Shown here: piece by piece, positions 1 to 14,413 of the stretch
Layout of the letters: every line of letters starts with the position of its first letter
Position numbering within the stretch: position 1 is the stretch's first letter
From: the human T2T-CHM13v2.0 reference genome, Homo sapiens
NCBI RefSeq assembly: GCF_009914755.1
Contig: NC_060937.1
DNA length: 64,000 nt
Reading direction: 5' to 3' (one strand)
Notes under the pieces: model-generated
The model's database searches: none
What the model saw: only the letters and a program-made list of their open reading frames with translations
What the model was told of the DNA's origin: nothing
Translations under genes and position numbers: made by a program

Positions 1-479
1 CTGTACATTAAGCTGGGTGGGTATTGATTTCTGAAACTGTGGGTTAGGACCAAGTAGCTACTCCCACTGTTCCTGTTCCAAGCTTACATCTGGAAAGATT
101 TTAGATTTTACTCATTAGTGAAAGAAGTAGAAATGGGGGTAAACACAGAACATCTGCCTGACAAGAAACTGCATTTTTCACCTTATAAGCAGTATTACAT
201 CTGTGTGCAGCTGAAGAGACCCAAAGGAGTGAAGTCACAGATACGAAACGGAGAGCTTATGCAACCCATAGAGCTGGTCTGTTCGGGAAAAAGCATCAAA
301 ATGAGTTCACAAAATATTTTCAGATGCAAGAAGAAGCCCAGTGCCATGCTTGAGTTAAGGTTGATATGATTAGCAACAGGTTCAACAAATGAACAAATTT
401 ATGCTTGATTAAATTAGATTAGTTGTGCATCCTGAAAAAAATTATGTAAAAGTTTCTTTTAAATATCCATAGTTTAAGC

Positions 480-1700
480 AGGGCAGAAAGGTAATATAGA
501 TGAAATAAGTACAGACATACAGAAAACATGACCATTTAAAAAAATAAAACTATAGTCATTGGAAAAATTATAGGAACTCTTAAAACTGCCCACAGTTGAA
601 GTTAGAACTTGCAAAGTAGACAATATAATTGAAGAAATGTTTCAAAATGAATCACGTAAGGTAAAGACATCAAAAGAATGAACTAGTTGCAAGATGTAAG
701 AGATCATCAGGAGCTTACAAAGCAAAGCAGCATCAAGGAGATCACAAAACAGTGAACAGTGACTCACTGAGCAGGTGAAGTGTCAGAAAACAATTTGGAT
801 TTAGAGAAAGATATAAATCCTCATATCTGAAAACTGGATGTATACTGAGAAAGATGCATTTTTAAGCTTGTACACACTGAGTCCAGGAAAAAGAGAGGGC
901 AAAGGGGAAAGACATTAGAGTGAAGAGTGAGACCAGCCACAACAGAATGGCAATGAGATTAGCTTAGTTTTCTTATCTGAGCAAAATACACGGAAGTAAT
1001 GTCTTTAATATTCTAAGCCAAAATAGTCAAACCAATAATTCTATGATGTTATATTTTTCTTCATAAGTGAGACTGAAATAAAAACATTTTAGTCTTACAT
1101 TGCAAAAAACTTTTACTGCTCATAGATCCACTATTATTAAAGTTCATAAACCAATATAAACAATAGATGGACTAAGATTGGGAAAGAAAGACAGGTGCAA
1201 AAATCAAGAATAGGCACAGAAATTATTCCAACAGTTATATGATCTAGGTAATAATTATGAGATTGTAACAAAATATTTAAAAATATTATGTTAACAAAAT
1301 ACTAAAGCTCGAAACAGAAGTTGAGGAATTGTGATTCAGCAGGAAGTTAAAGTTGTTAGAAAATCTAAAGATAATACATATATTAATAATAAAATGGCAA
1401 TCATTAAAAAAGTAAATTTAGAATAGATACTTTTCCAAAAGGTTGTGAAATAATAGAAATAAAAACACCAGATAAATCTATCAAAATCGGAAAAGAAGAA
1501 CAAAAGTAGAGAAAATATAAAACCAAAAAGATAAATCTGTATTCCTCAGTTATCAAATTAATAGAAATAAACTACTATACACTGCAATTTAAAATCAGAG
1601 ATTCTCAGATTGAGTTTTTTTTTAAATTCAGGTAGATGTTCTTTATAATTAATTACTGAGTTAGCCAATATAATAACTTGGTTAAAACTGAAAGTTGGCA
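480..1700 (+). mobile_element. Highly decayed ancient L1 (L1M/L1ME-type) ORF1 to ORF2-start relic
   Basis: A-rich plus strand; 1585-1650 (tttaaaatcagagattctcagattgag...gatgttctttataa) resembles the start of the L1 ORF2 endonuclease; no open frame; boundaries approximate. Confidence 0.45.
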
Positions 1701-1981
1701 CTGAAAACTACCTGTTGGAATATTGTTAGACTGGTGAGCTATATGAGAAGACAGGAATTGTCAAACTTTGCCTTGGGTCTCCTACATAACTTTCAGGGGC
1801 CTACTTTCTGGTCCTGTGTTTATTCCATATTTTGAAGTCAATGATTGTCAGGTTGTTGTTCATATGGCTACTTTCTCGCCTCTGTTTGGTAGAAAAAAAC
1901 AAGACACTGCAAATGACTGTTCACTATGATGGCCTCTCTTTGTTAGGAGATGTCTATGTTAAATCTGTAGTTTCCTTTTAG

Positions 1982-2338
<357 letters not shown>

Positions 2339-2623
2339 TGATGAAATTTTTATTTTAAATAAGAATGGTCATTTTAGGAAATTATTTTACATGTCAAAAG
2401 CCAACAATTAGTGTATTTTAGAGAAACTCAAGAAAAAAAAAGACGACTAAATATTAAGTAGTCAGCTTCTTTAATCTGTATGTTGATATTCAGAAATTCA
2501 ATTCTAAATCCAAGATATCATTCAAACACTGTGTCTTCTGAAACTTGCCCCTTGCATCTTTCTTGCTTTCTAATCAGATATGTGTGCGTAACACGTGTAT
2601 ACTTTTTTATGTCCTTCTAGTGT

Positions 2624-2673
2624 TTCTCATGCCTCAGCCTCCCAAGTAGATGGGACTACAGGCGCCCACCACG
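2624..2673 (-). mobile_element. Isolated ~50 bp internal Alu fragment
   Basis: ttctcatgcctcagcctcccaagtagatgggactacaggcgcccaccacg matches the antisense Alu right arm; no tail and no flanking Alu sequence. Confidence 0.85.
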
Positions 2674-3165
2674 ATGTAAATTAACTACACTTTATTATTT
2701 CTGTTTTCTCAGGAAAGAACCATCACATTATAAAATTGCTAGACCACAAGGTGAACGGTAGATCTACAGAATTTGAATATAAATTTCAGATCTAGAATCA
2801 AGCTAAGAACTGTAATTTAGAAAGAGAGGCAGACTTTTTCTATAAAATTTAGAATTTTATCAGATGTTCAGTTCTTAGATTATTAGATATGTCAACTTAT
2901 TTACCTATTTCCACCTCTGATGAAGAAAAGTGATTAAAATCAGCAAGATAGGAAAGAAAAGATTTAAGTAACCCACCTTTGCAAAATTTTGAAAACTGGC
3001 TTTATAGGGTATGCAAAATAGAATATAGACTCCATAAGGGCATTTTAGACACCTTATAAATGTGGAAAATTCATGCATAATCTGTATCTGTAATAAATCT
3101 GTAGAATAACCATGCTCTAAAGGGATGTTTTGAACATTTCCAAATAGATATGGTTTTTTACTGCA

Positions 3166-3174
3166 TAGATAGAC

Positions 3175-3225
<51 letters not shown>
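3166..3225. repeat. Tetranucleotide STR (TAGA)2 CAGA (TAGA)12
   Basis: Read and counted directly from the sequence. Confidence 0.97.
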
Positions 3226-3227
<2 letters not shown>

Positions 3228-3284
3228 TGAATGATAACATTATGTTTATTTTCTCATGATGATGTCCTTAAAGAAAAAGGGCAC

Positions 3285-3590
3285 CATGCAGCAGTTAAAA
3301 GAAAACACTTAAAACCGTGGATGCATAGATAGACTTGAAATCATGTCAAGTGAAAAAAATAATACTGCAGAATGATACGAAGACAATGAAGCCATTTATG
3401 TAATTTTAAAACACAAATAATAATATATTATACATAATTGCACATGTAGTGTGGAAAAGAAGAAAAATACAGACAAGAACAATAGACTCAAGAGAAAAAT
3501 TGCTTTGGAGATAGAATAAAGGCATAGGTTTGTGCTGGTTGTCAAAAGAGATGCTGATTTTATGAATAATGTTGTGTTTATTTTGTTTAG
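3285..3590 (+). mobile_element. Old L1 (L1ME/L1MC-like) 3' end fragment
   Basis: atgcagcagttaaaa...aagtgaaaaaaa...gccatttatgtaattttaaaacac resembles old L1 3' UTR. Confidence 0.5.
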
Positions 3591-3602
3591 AAACATTGAG
3601 GG

Positions 3603-4241
<639 letters not shown>

Positions 4242-4799
4242 TTAAAAATAAAACAATAAAAAACATTGAAGGAAATAAGACACTAAAGACAAGCTTTTTC
4301 ACTGGTCAAGATGGCTCAGTGTGCTTATATTTAAATGTTTCCCTACCCAAAACACATAGCACTAATAGATAAAGAGGAAACTAAAAAGTTTTAATGAGGG
4401 TTGCATACAAGACACACATATCTGAAGGCCATAAAAATATAAACCAGACTGGTGAACAGACTAAAGACGTAGGCTTGCTAGGTTTTTGATCCAAAGTAGA
4501 ATAATAAATGTGTTTAAAATGTTTCTCTTAAGATGGGATCCAACTTTTTTGTGGTAAGCCAGAGACCAGGAATATGGTTCTTCAATTTATGAAAAGATGA
4601 AAAAAATACTGGAGCTAAATTCCTCTTGGAGCTAAATATCTTAGCACAGAGAAGAACAACACAGACGGAACCTTAAGACCAAGAATAGAGCCAAGATATT
4701 CCTTAGTACTGTTGATGCAAAATAAAACAAAACAAAACAAAAGTCAGATTACTTGGGATGCATTTGTATTCAAAAAAACCTATGCTGAGTACTTGATGT

Positions 4800-5234
4800 G
4801 ACACAAGGAATTGCAAACCATTGGAGCCATGGTGTGTCTCAGAAGGAGATGTCAGGAAGTATTTGTTAGAAGACTAGAGGAGCATTAAGTGAATTGGATG
4901 GAGGAGAGTGCATGGAAATGGGAGTCTGTTTTGGAATCAATGCTGTCAGCAAACAGGTGAAGATGCAGTAATCATTCAGGGTAGCTGGGAGAGAGGGATG
5001 CTTGATCACTTATTTGATTGCATTGCATATTTGTTTTCATGATTCTTGATTACAGAATATTCATGTTATTGTCTTTTTCCATCATGATCACAGATAGACC
5101 GTGTCGGTTGGTATTCTGTCAACATTTTTATTTTCAGCATGGCAACTTGATAGCCTTACTGATGGGAACTAGAATAGATACAAGATGTCAGCTGTCAGGA
5201 CTGCACTTTATTTTATGTATTTATTATTTTCTCA
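4800..5234 (-). mobile_element. Probable old ERV LTR fragment (family not resolved)
   Basis: gcagtaatcattcagggtagctgggagagagggatg...ccatcatgatcacaga...ttttctca resembles recalled ERV1-type LTR antisense text. Confidence 0.35.
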
Positions 5235-5683
5235 TCATCACCATACTGATAAACCCAGAACTGTTTCTAGATGAGGGCTACACAAGATTTAGTGAAGGCA
5301 CTCATTACATCACAAATTTAAGGAGAATGCACAAAGAAAGGTGGAGAAGAGAAAAATATAAGTAAATGTGAATGCTTGGCTTAACCAAAATGTGTGGGCA
5401 AACCCAAACCCTCAATTCCACAAATTCCACAAATGTAATAATAAGGAAGATAAACAAATTAATAATAACTTATGAAATGCACTCCAATTATTTTACTGAA
5501 AGATTTTGAATGGCTGCCTTAGGTAGGTATAGGCTATTTAATGAAAAAAAAAAGAGGTCGTAATTTTCTTAAAAATTATAAAATAGTTATCAATTCTGTT
5601 ATGAGGATATAAGTGATTTATTATTTTTATACCCTCTTGCTCTACTGTATATTTTTAATTTCTCAAAAACAAGTTTCTAAAAA

Positions 5684-6443
5684 TGATATGGGAGGGAGGC
5701 AGGAAAGTGCTGGATAGAGAAGGGCCGGGTCCCTATAGAGGGACCCACAAACCTAAATGAGAAGAGGCATTTCTGTTTTCATGCCCCAAAAGTTGCCTTT
5801 TGGCCTGCCACACAGCCCCATTCTGTGCCCATAAAATCCCGAGACCCTAGCGAGCACAGAAACAAACAGCTGAAGATTGAGAGGAGCAGAAGAGCAAATT
5901 GATAGACACCAGCAGACACCAGCAGACCATCAAAGGCAGTGGAATTCAGCAGGGGCAGTGGGAGGAGAGTGCGGCCGCTGGGCGTCCCAACTGCGGGGGA
6001 GGACCATCATCCCCTTCCATCCCCCTTCTGGCTCCCCATCCATCTTACTGGGAGTTACTTCCACCACTCAATACAACCTTGCACTCATTCTGCAAGCCCA
6101 CATGTGATCCGATTTTTCTGGTACATTAGGGCAAGAACCCGGGATACAGAAAGCCCCCCGTCTTGTGTACAAGGCAGAGGGTCCAGTTGAGCTGCTTAAC
6201 ACAAGCTGCCTGCTGCCTGGAGAAGGCAAAGCCGAAAGAGTGCACTATAACACACTTCCACTGGGGCTTCAGAAGCTGTAAACACTCAACCCTAGACAAG
6301 GCTGTGGGGTCAGAAAAAATACTCCCCATGACCTGTCCCTCTGCATGCTCCCCCAAGGGGTTTGAGCAGCAGGGCACTGAAGAAACAAACCACACCCCTG
6401 TCACACGCCCTGCGAGGGGAATAAGAGAACATCTCCGCTTTCA
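5684..6443 (+). mobile_element. Solo ERV1 LTR of the LTR1/LTR27/LTR28 family
   Basis: TG...CA termini (tgatatgggagggaggcagg ... cctgcgaggggaataagagaacatctccgctttca), 760 bp, flanked by 4-bp AAAA; GC-rich relative to flanks. Confidence 0.85.
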
Positions 6444-7069
6444 AAAACATGATGGGATAATTGAGCACCCAGCATGTATTTAGCGTCTAGAACCAGAGTG
6501 CCATTCTTGTTATTCTGAATTATAAAGAGAGACGATATGATCTTACTCTCAAATGTCTTACAGCAGAGTTGAGAAGACACAGCTAACAAAGTGTAGTGTC
6601 AGAGAAATAAATATAGCACAAAATTTTATTGAATAATACAGAACTTATACATTCATTAAAGATATATAGAATTAAAGAAAGTTTCATCACTTTAAGTCAT
6701 GAACAGCTATTTGTTTTTCAAATTTTGGTCAAAAGTCAAAATAAATCTATGACAATCTAAGATGGAGAAAATAAAATATTCTGTATGCTTATTACTAGAG
6801 ATAGTAGTTAATTTTATCAAAATTACCAAACGTGCAACATGTGTGCTAACGTTGCCTATGAATGAATTTTTCAACGGTTATATAAGATACATGAAAAAAA
6901 GATATATTTTATTATTCTATTTAATACAATTTTATATTTTTTAATTTTCTTTGTTTTTACACTTTACATTTTTTCATATTTCTTCCACCATGTCTTAATG
7001 TAATTAGTTATATTAAGTATATGTGTATCAAATATTTTCCCTCAGTTTATCCATTTTATTTTGAAAAAT

Positions 7070-7530
7070 TGTAGTGAATGCAGCCCCCAATGCACCCTTT
7101 GCGGTGGGGGCATCTGCTTTCTCAGTTGCTGGGAGGGTGGAGGCACCTGTTTTTCTCAATTTCTGGGAGGGCCACCCTGAGTGTTCGCAGCACAGTGACC
7201 TCCCCGGGTTTCCCTTGGCAAAAGGGAGCTGCTTCATTCAAGGAAATGTTTCACTCCCTGGGACAGCCAGGTCCACTGAGTGGGTGTTGAGGGAGTAAAA
7301 ATCTTAGACTCTTTGCTTCCATGTGAGACAGCTTTGAAGGTCAGCTTCAGAGCTGCCAGAGGGATGGGCTGACCCTCTGTGTACAATGTATTTCAGCTTA
7401 ACTTCTTCCTCTGTCCAATCTTGCTTTGCTTATCCTTTAATGGCTTTTGTTCCAGACAGCAGCCCCTAAAAATCTTCTTGTATGCTAAGCATCTTCTTAG
7501 AAGTTGTTTCCAGTGAACCTTCTATAAAGA
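7070..7530 (+). mobile_element. ERVL LTR16-family solo LTR
   Basis: tgtagtgaatgc start; gggagctgcttcattcaagg, cagcttaacttcttcctctgtccaatcttgctt and gttgtttccagtgaacc are typical of LTR16. Confidence 0.7.
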
Positions 7531-8121
7531 AAGAAACATAATAAAGTTTACAATCTGTAAATGGAAATGAATTCTTGCACAAATTTGAGTGCAATTGGGA
7601 TTTTTTTCTCAATGATTCTACATTAATGTTTACTAGTTATCAAATAAATCCTTAGTTTTCTGAATATTGAATTTATAAATATTAAATCTAAGACTAAATA
7701 AATATTTTCAATTTTAAATAATTTTAAATTTTAAATTTTTTTCTCCATTGAAAAATTCAAATAAAGCTACAGATTTCCTCATCTATTCCCTAAAATATTT
7801 TATCAGAGGAAATGTAAAATGGCTTCTGTGGGTAAGATAATAAAAACAAAAGGAAATTACACAATCACATTCTTACATCACAGAAACCTTAAAACTATTA
7901 AAAATTCATGCTACAACTAGCAGTCTCATCAAGGTTTCATATAATAAAATAAATGAAAACATAAAAAGACTTTTCTACTATGTTTATCATCTAGTTTTAA
8001 CATACAAAAAATTCAACAACAAATTCACAACAAAAAATTTTGTTGACTCTTAAAATATATGAAACAAAAATTCAAGGTCTATATCCTTTGGTGGCCAATT
8101 AGTATATTCATCCATGAATTG

Positions 8122-8520
8122 TTTTAACAGCTTTATTGAGATTTAATTCACATACTATAAAATTCACTCATTTAAAGTGTACATTAAAATTGTTTTAGTA
8201 TATTCACATATATGCAACCATCACCACAGTCACTTTAAGAATATTCTCTCACCTCAAAAAGTCTCCCTGTCCTATTGCTTTTAGCTATCAATTCTGTATT
8301 GTGGGTCTCCCCGCTCCAGTCTTAAACAAACACAAATCTATATTCTCTGTCTATAGATTTCCCTGTGCTAGATATTTCATATCAATAGACTGGTTAATGT
8401 GGTCTTTTGTGACTGGTTTCTTTCGCTTAGTATAATGTATTTATGAGTTTCATGTTTTATAACATGTATTAATAATTCATTATTTTCATTGCTAAATATT
8501 TTTGTGTGTATTTTATACAA
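8122..8520 (-). mobile_element. L1MB-type 3' end
   Basis: aacagctttattgagatttaattcacatactataaaattcactcatttaaagtgtaca...gtggtcttttgtgactggtttctttcgcttag. Confidence 0.85.
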
Positions 8521-9128
8521 CTGCTTTTTAAATCAGTTAAAGAAAGGCTTTAATGGTGTTCATTATAATTATGTAATTATCTTTACCAGTGCTCTTGGTT
8601 TAATTCTGAGAATGAGAGGAAACGCCAAACAGTTTTTTGCTTCAAGAAACTTCCATAAATTTGAGAAAGTAACTTATAAAGTAGGGGCTGGCACTTAACC
8701 ATAGCGGAGACAAAGAGCAGAAAGTGATCCTTTTAATCAGGGGTTTGATAAAGGTCTCAACATGCAGGTGCCATGAAATAACTTTTATGAGTATAAGAGA
8801 TATTCCAGGAGCATCTGAAAACATGTGTGCAAGAATGTCATCTTTCCTCAACAGGATAAAATGGTGTTGTGGCTCCTCCTTGCATTACAGAACAACCAGT
8901 GTCAGCTGTGTGGTAGGCATACCCCAGACAAAAATATGTAATAAACAACTATGAAATATGGCTGTTCTTATTTTATCCACATCATTTGTAGCATGTAATA
9001 TTCTCATTTGCGTTTATTTTCTGTGTTTCTTAGATAAAAAATAACAAAAGAAAATTAAATTCTCACTCTGCTATTTAAGTTCTTGTTTCTTTATTACCTG
9101 GGAAGTTGTAGAAAACATTAAATAAAAT

Positions 9129-9422
<294 letters not shown>

Positions 9423-10819
9423 TTATGTTTTCCTTAATGCCAGTGTGAGTGAGGAAATACAGTTTTCTCAAAAGAGTCAAACATATGTTTTAAAATTTTA
9501 CCTAATTGAAAATCTTAGGATAGTTAAATAAAGAGAATAAGAAAAAAAAGTAGAAATATTTTATTTCAGATACATTTCAGTATTTCACTAGACTCAACCA
9601 AGTCCCTTCACTGACAAGATATTTGTTCCAGGGCCCAATATAGTATCCAGAAAGCAGTGTAGAATGTCATGAAATTCTAATTGTACAAAGAAGTCATATT
9701 GGAAATGACTGAAAAATTCAAATGAACCTGTATCAGTCCCCCTTCTCCCAATGTACTCTTTTAGGAATAATTGGCACAATGCTGATAAACCATTTACAAA
9801 CATTATCATTTTAACAGATAAGAAAGTAATTCAAATCTATAGATTTTACATTAAAATATCTGCAAACATAAATATATTGCAGAATTCTGATAATTGATCA
9901 AACTAAGAGTGGCATCCTATATGTAGAGATTTTTCCCTTAATTTATTCTATTCCAATAAGTTATGTTTTCCTTCTCAAAAGAATGAAAAAGAAAATGTAT
10001 GCATTCTTCTACTTTACTAGTCCATGCTATGAATAGTATCATATTTATAACAGTATCAAAAAAACACTAATGCTTTGAAAATCAGTGGTATTAGAGAGAA
10101 CTTTACTACAGCTTGTATGAGCAGCTATATGACAGGTTTTATACTATTTGAAATTAAAATAATTAATCTCCAAGATTAAATATGATCAAAGAAAATTAAT
10201 AAATAAGTCACTTAAATTATGTAACTGTTTTTAAGTTATTGATTTGTCATCAAATAATTATTTCAATTCCCATTATTTTTATTATTCATATTTATGATAA
10301 TTTTGTGGTTAAGTTTATTTCTCAGTATCAAACATCTCAATATCACATCAAAAAGCTACAAAAATACAAAAGTGGAATCAACAATTAAGGTTACAATCCA
10401 ACAAGTAAATTAAATTCTCAGATTCAGAATTTCCAAATCATTACTTGGTTCACTGACTCTTGTGATAACCCCAAGACAGTCAGGAGGATACATTATGGGC
10501 AAAATATTAGTATTATATGGTGTGACTGTCACAAATTATGGGTAGGTAGTAATTGAAACAACAGAATTAATGGAAATAAGGAAACCTCAACTGTGCTTCA
10601 ATTATTCCTGAATGTATAGTTTGGTTTCTAATACATATCTTGGCTTCCAAAAATTTTTCCATTTACATATTTTATGATTATTTTTCTCACTTGACTGGTG
10701 ATCAATTAATTATAATAAATAGAAAGTAAGCATATGGTTACAAAACTAAGCCTCATTGGACATTTGCCTTAGCAAATACGTTTTTAAAACTAAAGTCATC
10801 GTCATAACCATTTACCATG

Positions 10820-11171
10820 TAATATCGTCTGGCTGTTTCTCACCCAAATCTCATCTTGAATTGTAATCCCCATAATCCCTACATGTCATGGGTAGGACCC
10901 TGTGGGAGGTAACTGAATCATGGGAGCGATTTCCCCTATGCTGTTCTCGTGATAGTGAGTTCTCGCAAAATCTGATAGTTCTAAGAGCATCTGACTTTTC
11001 CCCTGCTGGCATTCATTCTCTCTCCTGCTATCCTGTGAAGTGATGCCTTCCGCCATGATTGTAAGTTTCCTGAGGCCTCCCCAGCGGTGTGAAACTGAGT
11101 CAATTAAACCTCTTTGTAAATTACCCAGTCTCGGGCATTCCCTTATAGCAATGTGAGAATGGACGAACACA
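10820..11171 (+). mobile_element. THE1C (ERVL-MaLR) solo LTR
   Basis: cccaaatctcatcttgaattgtaatcccc...cccctgctggcattcattctctctcctgc...caattaaacctctt...gagaatggacgaacaca; 5-bp TSD ccatg/ctatg. Confidence 0.9.
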
Positions 11172-11207
11172 CTATGCTGGCATAAAACAGTGTGGAGGAG
11201 GAAAAAT

Positions 11208-11237
11208 TGCACGTGCGCGCGCGCGCCTGTGTGTGTA
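11208..11237. repeat. Alternating purine-pyrimidine tract tgcacgtgcgcgcgcgcgc-c-tgtgtgtgta
   Basis: Seen directly; 19 nt uninterrupted alternation at 11208-11226. Confidence 0.85.
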
Positions 11238-11239
11238 TT

Positions 11240-12079
<840 letters not shown>

Positions 12080-12401
12080 ATACTTATATTCCTTCATCTC
12101 ATTTGGATAAGGAAGGAGGAATGTTAAATATATATTTGCCCCCTCCCCATGTCCAAATATAATTAAAGGGCAACAAGTTATTTGGCCACTAGATATCACA
12201 CATTTTAATTTCACTTTACTCCCTTAGCTGCACTAAAGCATGACCAAATAATGACAGACACTCTTTTTTTCTTAACATTTTATCCAAAATAAAAATATGA
12301 CTACTGTTACAAATTATATGAATAAAATTATTTTAGACACAACATAATCATATCATTCATAATTAATTATTGATCCCAAATGTTATGCTGCTTTTATTAT
12401 T

Positions 12402-12923
12402 TATTATTTTAACGGATTTTTGTTAATTTTTGTGTGTACATAGTATGTGTACATATTTACGGAGTATCTGAGAGGTTTTGAAACTGGCATGCAATGTCAA
12501 TATTTTTTAGAAAAAGAATGAGATACAGGCATTTGCAACAACAAGGGTAGAACTGGAGATCATTATGTTAAGTGAAATAAGCCAGGCACAGAAGGAGAAT
12601 CATTGTGTGTTCTCACTATATTTGTGGGATCTAAAAATCAAAACATTTGAACATATGGACATAGAGAGTAGAAGGATGGTTACCAGAGGCTGGGAAGGGT
12701 AGCGGAAGACTGGATGAAGGTAGGGATAGTTAATGGGCAGACACACACACACACACACACACAAACAAAATGAATAAGACCTACTATTTGATAGCACAAT
12801 AGGGTGACTATAGTCAATAATAACTTAATTTCACATTTTAAAATAACTTAGAGGGTGTAATTGTGTTGTTCGTAAATCAAAGGATAAATGATTGAGGGGA
12901 TGGATACCCCATTCTTCATGATG
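12402..12923 (-). mobile_element. L1MA (MA1-3-like) 3' end with 5' inversion: 12402-12497 minus, ~12510-12923 plus
   Basis: Terminal 3' UTR on the minus strand joined to the immediately upstream 3' UTR segment on the plus strand; TSD tgctgcttttattatt (12386-12401) / tgctacttttagtatt (12924-12939). Confidence 0.85.
12741..12762. repeat. (AC)11 microsatellite inside L1MA
   Basis: Seen directly. Confidence 0.9.
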
Positions 12924-14224
12924 TGCTACTTTTAGTATTAAAATTTACTTTGCATCTTATTATTTAATCAGAATTTATTTGAAATCATCTAAATACTTTT
13001 TTACATGGTTTTGCATCTATTATAACAATTTTGTATAAGAAGAAAGTACAATGTTCTATCTGGAAGTGGATGAATTGAGGTTACTTCAAACCCAATCACA
13101 TAGTGTCTTTGCTGTGTTCTCAAGTTCCAAAAACAATCTCCTTGGATTTGTTGTCTACCTAAAGGGATTCCACCTGTAGATCAGCAGCCCTCTGTGGCTG
13201 AAACACTTTCCTAGTCGACAAAAAGAAGCACATCTCTGAACTGAGCTTTGATTTATCATTACCCTTACAGAAGATTTCAATGTGCTTTTACCCTGTACTC
13301 TTACCTAGCATTGAGGCAGCAATATCAGGATGGAAAATATTTGTAAAACTAAAATGAAATAATATTTAAAGTAATACAATGTTATTGTTTGTAGAAATTA
13401 TGTATTCTGAATTCTGTCTAAACCTGTGTTGTTATTCCAAAGGCCAAATTGTTAGTTCTTATTATTTCTATGCTCACATTGTACTAGAGACATTCATGAG
13501 TTATCAAATGTAATTCATGAATTGTGGACTTAAGCCTACATTTCAGTGTGATGTTGAGCATTTCCTATTCTTCCATACATATTACATAATCTGCATTGAA
13601 ATATCAAAAGGCCTGAAGTCATTTTACATTTTCTTTCAGTTAGGTCTGGTAACCAAGTGTGGCTTGCAGTGATAAGCTAACCCTGCTGGAGCCCATCACT
13701 CCTGGGCAGTAAAACCATTGAAGAGTTTAAGCCTTCAAGTCAGAGAGGTGAAAAGCAGGCTGTAACTCCTATGCATGTTAATATCTCTGAGGATTTTGGC
13801 TGTTGTTTTACTCTACTTGTATTTGTGTGGAGGCACTTTCTACTTCACTAAAATAAACAACCTCACAATTGAAATATAAAGCATATGATCAACTCTTTTG
13901 TTTAATGGATAAAGATCATGAAATTAGAAGATCATACAGGTTATGAAAGGGTAAAATCCACAAATATTTTCTTTGTACAATTGTCTTAATCTTCATGATT
14001 CTTGTAATTCATTCTTTTCAACAAACCTGCTCTTTCCCTTTACCATACCTACAAACCCTTGATTGATTTTCATTTTCCATTAATCTTCATCTGGATTGCC
14101 TTGTATTGTGTGAATAGTTCAGTGCAGACCAGATAGAGCAAATATTTCAAGTGCATTCTCACCAATATAAATCCCTTCAATTTTTAGATTAGCGTATTAA
14201 CATTAAGTGTCAAACATGAGGACC

Positions 14225-14413
14225 AAGGGTCACAGAATTTTGGAGTCAGTTGACATGTCAGCCACTTACTAATATCAAGTGCTTAGAAAAATCACATAAT
14301 AGCTGTATCTCTCAAGTTTCAAGTCAACATATTGGAAACTTAAAGAATTTCCATATGAGTAAATAAAATAATTGTAAATTTGAAACACAATGCAAATATA
14401 AGGTAGTATTATT
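14225..14413 (+). mobile_element. MIR relic
   Basis: cagaattttggagtcag...gccacttacta...tgcaaatataaggtagtattatt resembles MIR head, core and tail. Confidence 0.5.

Noticed and set aside
3166-3225. Identification as a named forensic STR
   Set aside because: The flanks do not match the primer sequences I can recall for common loci, so it is left unnamed.
8540-9000. Unique-looking stretch with three overlapping short ORFs, considered as a coding exon
   Set aside because: No recognisable protein motif and no convincing splice-site pair; it cannot be supported without expression or conservation data.
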